A DNA stretch of 64,000 nt, taken from positions 346,651,402 through 346,715,401 of the forward strand of contig NC_085841.1 of assembly GCF_035594765.1 (NCBI RefSeq). The letters are read 5' to 3'. Made by a program: the position numbers and the translations under genes. Below the pieces are notes generated by a model that was given only the letters and a program-made list of their open reading frames with translations, did not search any database and had not been told where the DNA came from. Origin of the DNA: Anolis carolinensis. Lineage: Eukaryota. Shown in pieces: positions 59,891 to 64,000 of this stretch; position 1 is the stretch's first letter, and each line of letters opens with the position of its first letter.

Positions 59891-62800
59891 GAAAAGGGAA
59901 TCAGCAGACTTATGGAATTAGAAGGTGAGAAGGAGAGATTGTGCATCAGCTGGGAAAGTGAAATGGCACTACTATCTATTGAGCAATGAGGAAATTGAAC
60001 AGTATTTATGAAAGCATCCAGTGTTTTCTTTGGCAAGGCAAATGCATGTATTTGTGCGATGATGATGATGCTTTAATGTCTGTTGCAGCCATAACAACAA
60101 ACTGAGGCCGCATGATATCTTCTGGCAGAAGCATTGAAGCAAGAGCCAGGGTCTTTTCTACCCTGAAGATACACAATCCTATGCAGCACAGCCCTCAAAG
60201 GCTGTTTAGGAATTATGGTTTTGCCGCATTACCCTGATTTATAAGAGATGATTATCCCCATCAGTAATAGCATGAAGATCTCACATGGCTTAAAACAGAG
60301 GAAGCTTCAGAGCATTTATGATTTATTTGCAGGATGTTGCTGACACTTTTGCTGCTGTATTAGTTCTTGCTCACAGCTTAAAAGTCAAACAGGAAAATTT
60401 AAAAAGGGGGAAAGTGATGGTGAAAGAAATGCTTGTATGGAAGGAGGAAGAGAGAGATATTAAAGAAATGGAGAGCCATCAGTGATAGCTATAATTGAAA
60501 TATTGAGAATGGAGACCAGCCATTGCTCAGTAGCAAAACATGTGCTTCATGCACAGAAAATCACAACATGAAATCCCAGAATAGCCAGCTAGAAGATTCA
60601 AGCTGTAAGTGCCTTAAAAGACCTCTGCTTGAGTGATTGCCAAAAAGCCAATGTTATATAGTGGTTATACTCTTAACAGTTGGAAGGTCTGGGCAACTGC
60701 ATGGATGCTGGTGCCAATCCTCTTTTTATAGATTCATATAAATCCAAGTGATTCTAATTGGCATTTGGACTGAGATAAAGAATTCTGTTGATTCTGATGG
60801 CTTTTCATGGGATTTAGCTTTGGGGAAACCGACAAATCACACCCCTTGAATACAATTTGAGGGTGGGGCTTCAAAGGAAGAATCCATGTCCCCTTGAGTA
60901 CGTATTGGACAAAAATATTTATTCTTATTTGCAGAGTGTTATGTTCAGTTCTTCACAGTCTCCTGGGAGGTCAATGCAGCTTCCAAGTCTCCAGTAGTTG
61001 TGCACTCCTGGTGTGAATGCAACATTTAATCACAATGATCATTAGGGGGTAGGAAGACAGAGAGTCCGATCTCACATAAAGTATTCCTATGCAAGAAGAA
61101 AAGGGAAGTACAGATACATCCCAGGTTATGTTTCTGCACTTCACCATCTCCCAGAAATGCCATTTCTCAGATATTTAGGGAAACAGAGAAATAGAAATCA
61201 CAACACAACTCTTGTGGCCTAAATCTCCTTTAGAACCATCCAGATCAGTGGTCATCATGAAATCTGTGGTAACAAATTCCACAGTTTAATTGAACATTAC
61301 ATGGATAAATACTTCCTTCTGTGTATTTTAGCTCAATTGGATGACACCATGCTACAATTACCTTCTACTTCCCCCCAGAAAACCATTGTGGTACACCAAT
61401 TTAAGCACCAGACAATACTGAAGACTAAGGACTGATGCCCTGCTCAGTCATGGAAATCCATTAAAAGATCTTGGGGGCAAGCCATACTCTCTCAGAGAAA
61501 GGCAAAGGCAAATCTTGCCAAGAAACTCCCATGATAGGTTTGCCTTAGGGGTGCCATAAGTTGGAAATGACTCAAAACAGCAATGGAGGTTCTGAAGATC
61601 AAAACTAGATCCTTGGCTGAAGAATTGATTCAAAAGTCAATAAAGCTGAATTGCAAACATTATATTCTGCCATAAAATAAAATAGTCATGATCTGGTTTT
61701 CAGCCTATGAACATCCATTTCTCAGCTATTCCTGCCCCAGGTGATGCATAACCCAGCGAAATTTCAACACCGTATCTTCTATAAAAAAAAGACAGAAAGA
61801 AAAATGGTTTACAGTCAAATGCAGAAGCAGCCATTTCCTTGCTTGGTGTCTCCATGTTATTAGTAAAGATGGGAAACCAGTGAGCTACAGCCTTGAGATA
61901 CACTTCTTAGATGTCTAATTTTAGGTACATGTAGTTAATTCTTTTGCTTTTGATGGCTCCACCTGTTCTACAGCTTGTCTATGATGCAGTGGACAGAGAA
62001 GACCCATAACAAATAAAAGTGCTCTCTAGTTCTGGCACAACTATGTGAGGCCATCATCTTAGCTACAGTTGCAGATGTTACCTTTGCTTCTGTTACCTAT
62101 AATTTACCTATCGCGGAGACAGGATCCAGTGAATTGAAAAAGTTTTCTTGGCTACAGCTGCTCAGGGTTTGGAACTTCAAGTCACTAGCAGACTAAAGAG
62201 ATTCCACAGATTTAATGATTAGGAAAAGGTTAAAATGACCTGCCGGGCACCCTCAAGTCACATAAGCTTCTTTTCTTTCCTCGTGCAGAGCTAATCTTGG
62301 CAACATTAGTCATGTGACCCAACAAGGGTTTAAAAAAGCCCACGAAGCCGATTAGCAGTTTTGTCATTGGTTGTAAAATAGCAGAAGCATTTGTTATGGT
62401 AGCACATTTGTTTTGTGTGGAAGATGGCAACAAGACTACTTGCCCCATGCTCTTTTGCCAGTTAAGTGTAGCTGAAGACAACTGTCTGCCGGCTGCGCAT
62501 GCCAACAGCAATATTCCACAAAGAAAAACTATTAAAGATCCAATATGGGGCTCCCATTTGGATGGGAGGAACATTCAGTTGACCTTTCACAATAGGAACA
62601 TGTTCCTTTCTGAACATGAAAATGTTGCTTTTTGTAACACAACTCTCACAACGTCCTTGCACAACTGGGCTATTCCAAGAAATGGAGATCAAAAAGTAAC
62701 ATTTCTAACTCTTGTGATAACAAGGTTCTCTGTAGCCTTCAACCATCCTCACAAAGCCAGTCTATGTTATCGGCCTCAACAACACTAATAAATACCCCCA

Positions 62801-63364
62801 ACCTGCAAAAAACATTAATTCATTCTAAAGGTGAAAAGTGAACATTTTCTACAAAGCTGCTCTACACTAAGACCAAAGGACCTTCTTCTCAAATGCAAAT
62901 TGTTGTCTACTGGCTGCCCAGCAGAATTCTCTCCCATCACTTGTTGGAGCTTTAAGAATTTGTACTTGGGCCCTTAAACAAAATCCTCTCAGCCAGCATG
63001 GGCTGTGCTGGCTGGGAGATGCTAGCATCTGCCGTCCAATAAAGTAACTCCCTCAGGCTCTGCTACTACTCTGCCAGTCAGTCTTCCTATTGTCTCTTCT
63101 CAACCAAATGCTAATGAGAAGTTCACAAGAGGTCCAGAACAGCCATCTCCTGCTGTTCCTCCTTAGTATTGGGTAATCAGTATGCGGGTCTGCATTAAAT
63201 TATAGTTGGCCCTCAACTTTCACAGTTGTTAGGGGAGAAGGAAAGGTAGTGAATATATTAAACACCAAAACATGCACAATACAGACACTACAGCTGGAAA
63301 AAAAATCTTAATCTTGTTCCAATGCTGTTTCCACTGCATCTCCCCCTGCCACCATCTTCTAGGA

Positions 63365-64000
63365 CAGGGGTCCCCAAACTTTTGAAGCAGTGGGCCAGTC
63401 CACAATTCTTCAGACTGTTGAGGGGCCGAATTATCATTTGAAAAAAACCAAAACAAATTCCTATGCATACTGCACATGTCTTATTTGTAGTGCAACAACA
63501 ACAACAATGAAAAAACAATACAATATTTAAAAATGAAAACAATTTTAACCAACATAAACCTATCAGGATTTCAATGGAAAGTGTGGGCCTGCTACTGGCC
63601 AATGAGATAGTCAAGTTAATTAGTATTGTTGTTGTTGTGTGCCTTCAAGTCATTTCAGACTTTGACTGAGCCTAAGTCTAAAATTAATTATTTATTTACT
63701 GCATTTATTTACTGCATTTATATCCCGCCCTTCTCACCCCAAAGGGGACTCAGAGCAGCTGTATGTACATACAATATATTATATTATTAGCATAACACAA
63801 TATTAGCATTATATATTACTATACTGAACTATACCACTATACTATTATATAATATGTAATATATAACATATAATTAATATTATTATATGGTATTACTATT
63901 AGTATTATATTGTATACCATAATATTATTATCAATATTATATGTATATACAATATATTACATTATTAAAACTGATATAAAAATATTATATTATAAAACTG
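63365..64000 (+). mobile_element. OC1/OposCharlie-like hAT non-autonomous element, running off the window
   Basis: The 5' end CAGGGGTCCCCAAACTTTT...GGGCCAG...CAGACTGTTG is preceded by TTCTAGGA. It contains SINE/L2 tail fragments and an AT-rich tract. Confidence 0.7.

Overview
This is vertebrate genomic DNA, almost certainly from a squamate reptile and most like Anolis. The repeat complement points that way: Sauria SINE, 5S-derived SINEs, Vingi, CR1, L2, R4/Dong, RTE, and SPIN- and OC1-like hAT MITEs. The window lies inside a minus-strand CCDC85C-like gene; two internal coding exons are visible (42516-42592 and 9294-9398) and the rest is intron crowded with transposons. The main feature is an apparently full-length, intact ~6.1-kb L2-clade LINE (11570-17676, minus strand). 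(1) Its ORF1 and ORF2 are in the same frame, separated only by one TGA in the known readthrough context TGA-CTA-G, and ORF2 has no AUG before the endonuclease catalytic motifs. This suggests ORF2p is made as an ORF1-ORF2 fusion by programmed stop-codon readthrough. (2) Its 5' UTR begins with a consensus YY1 motif and carries 11 hairpins whose stems vary with compensatory changes around a conserved 10-nt loop. Other notable items are a solo LTR splitting a Sauria SINE, R4/Dong elements inserted into L2-made (TAA)n tails, a TSD-flanked bipartite RTE derivative, a local duplication captured inside a CR1 tail, and a fold-back CR1 tail. Family and gene names come from recall and motif recognition, not database searches.
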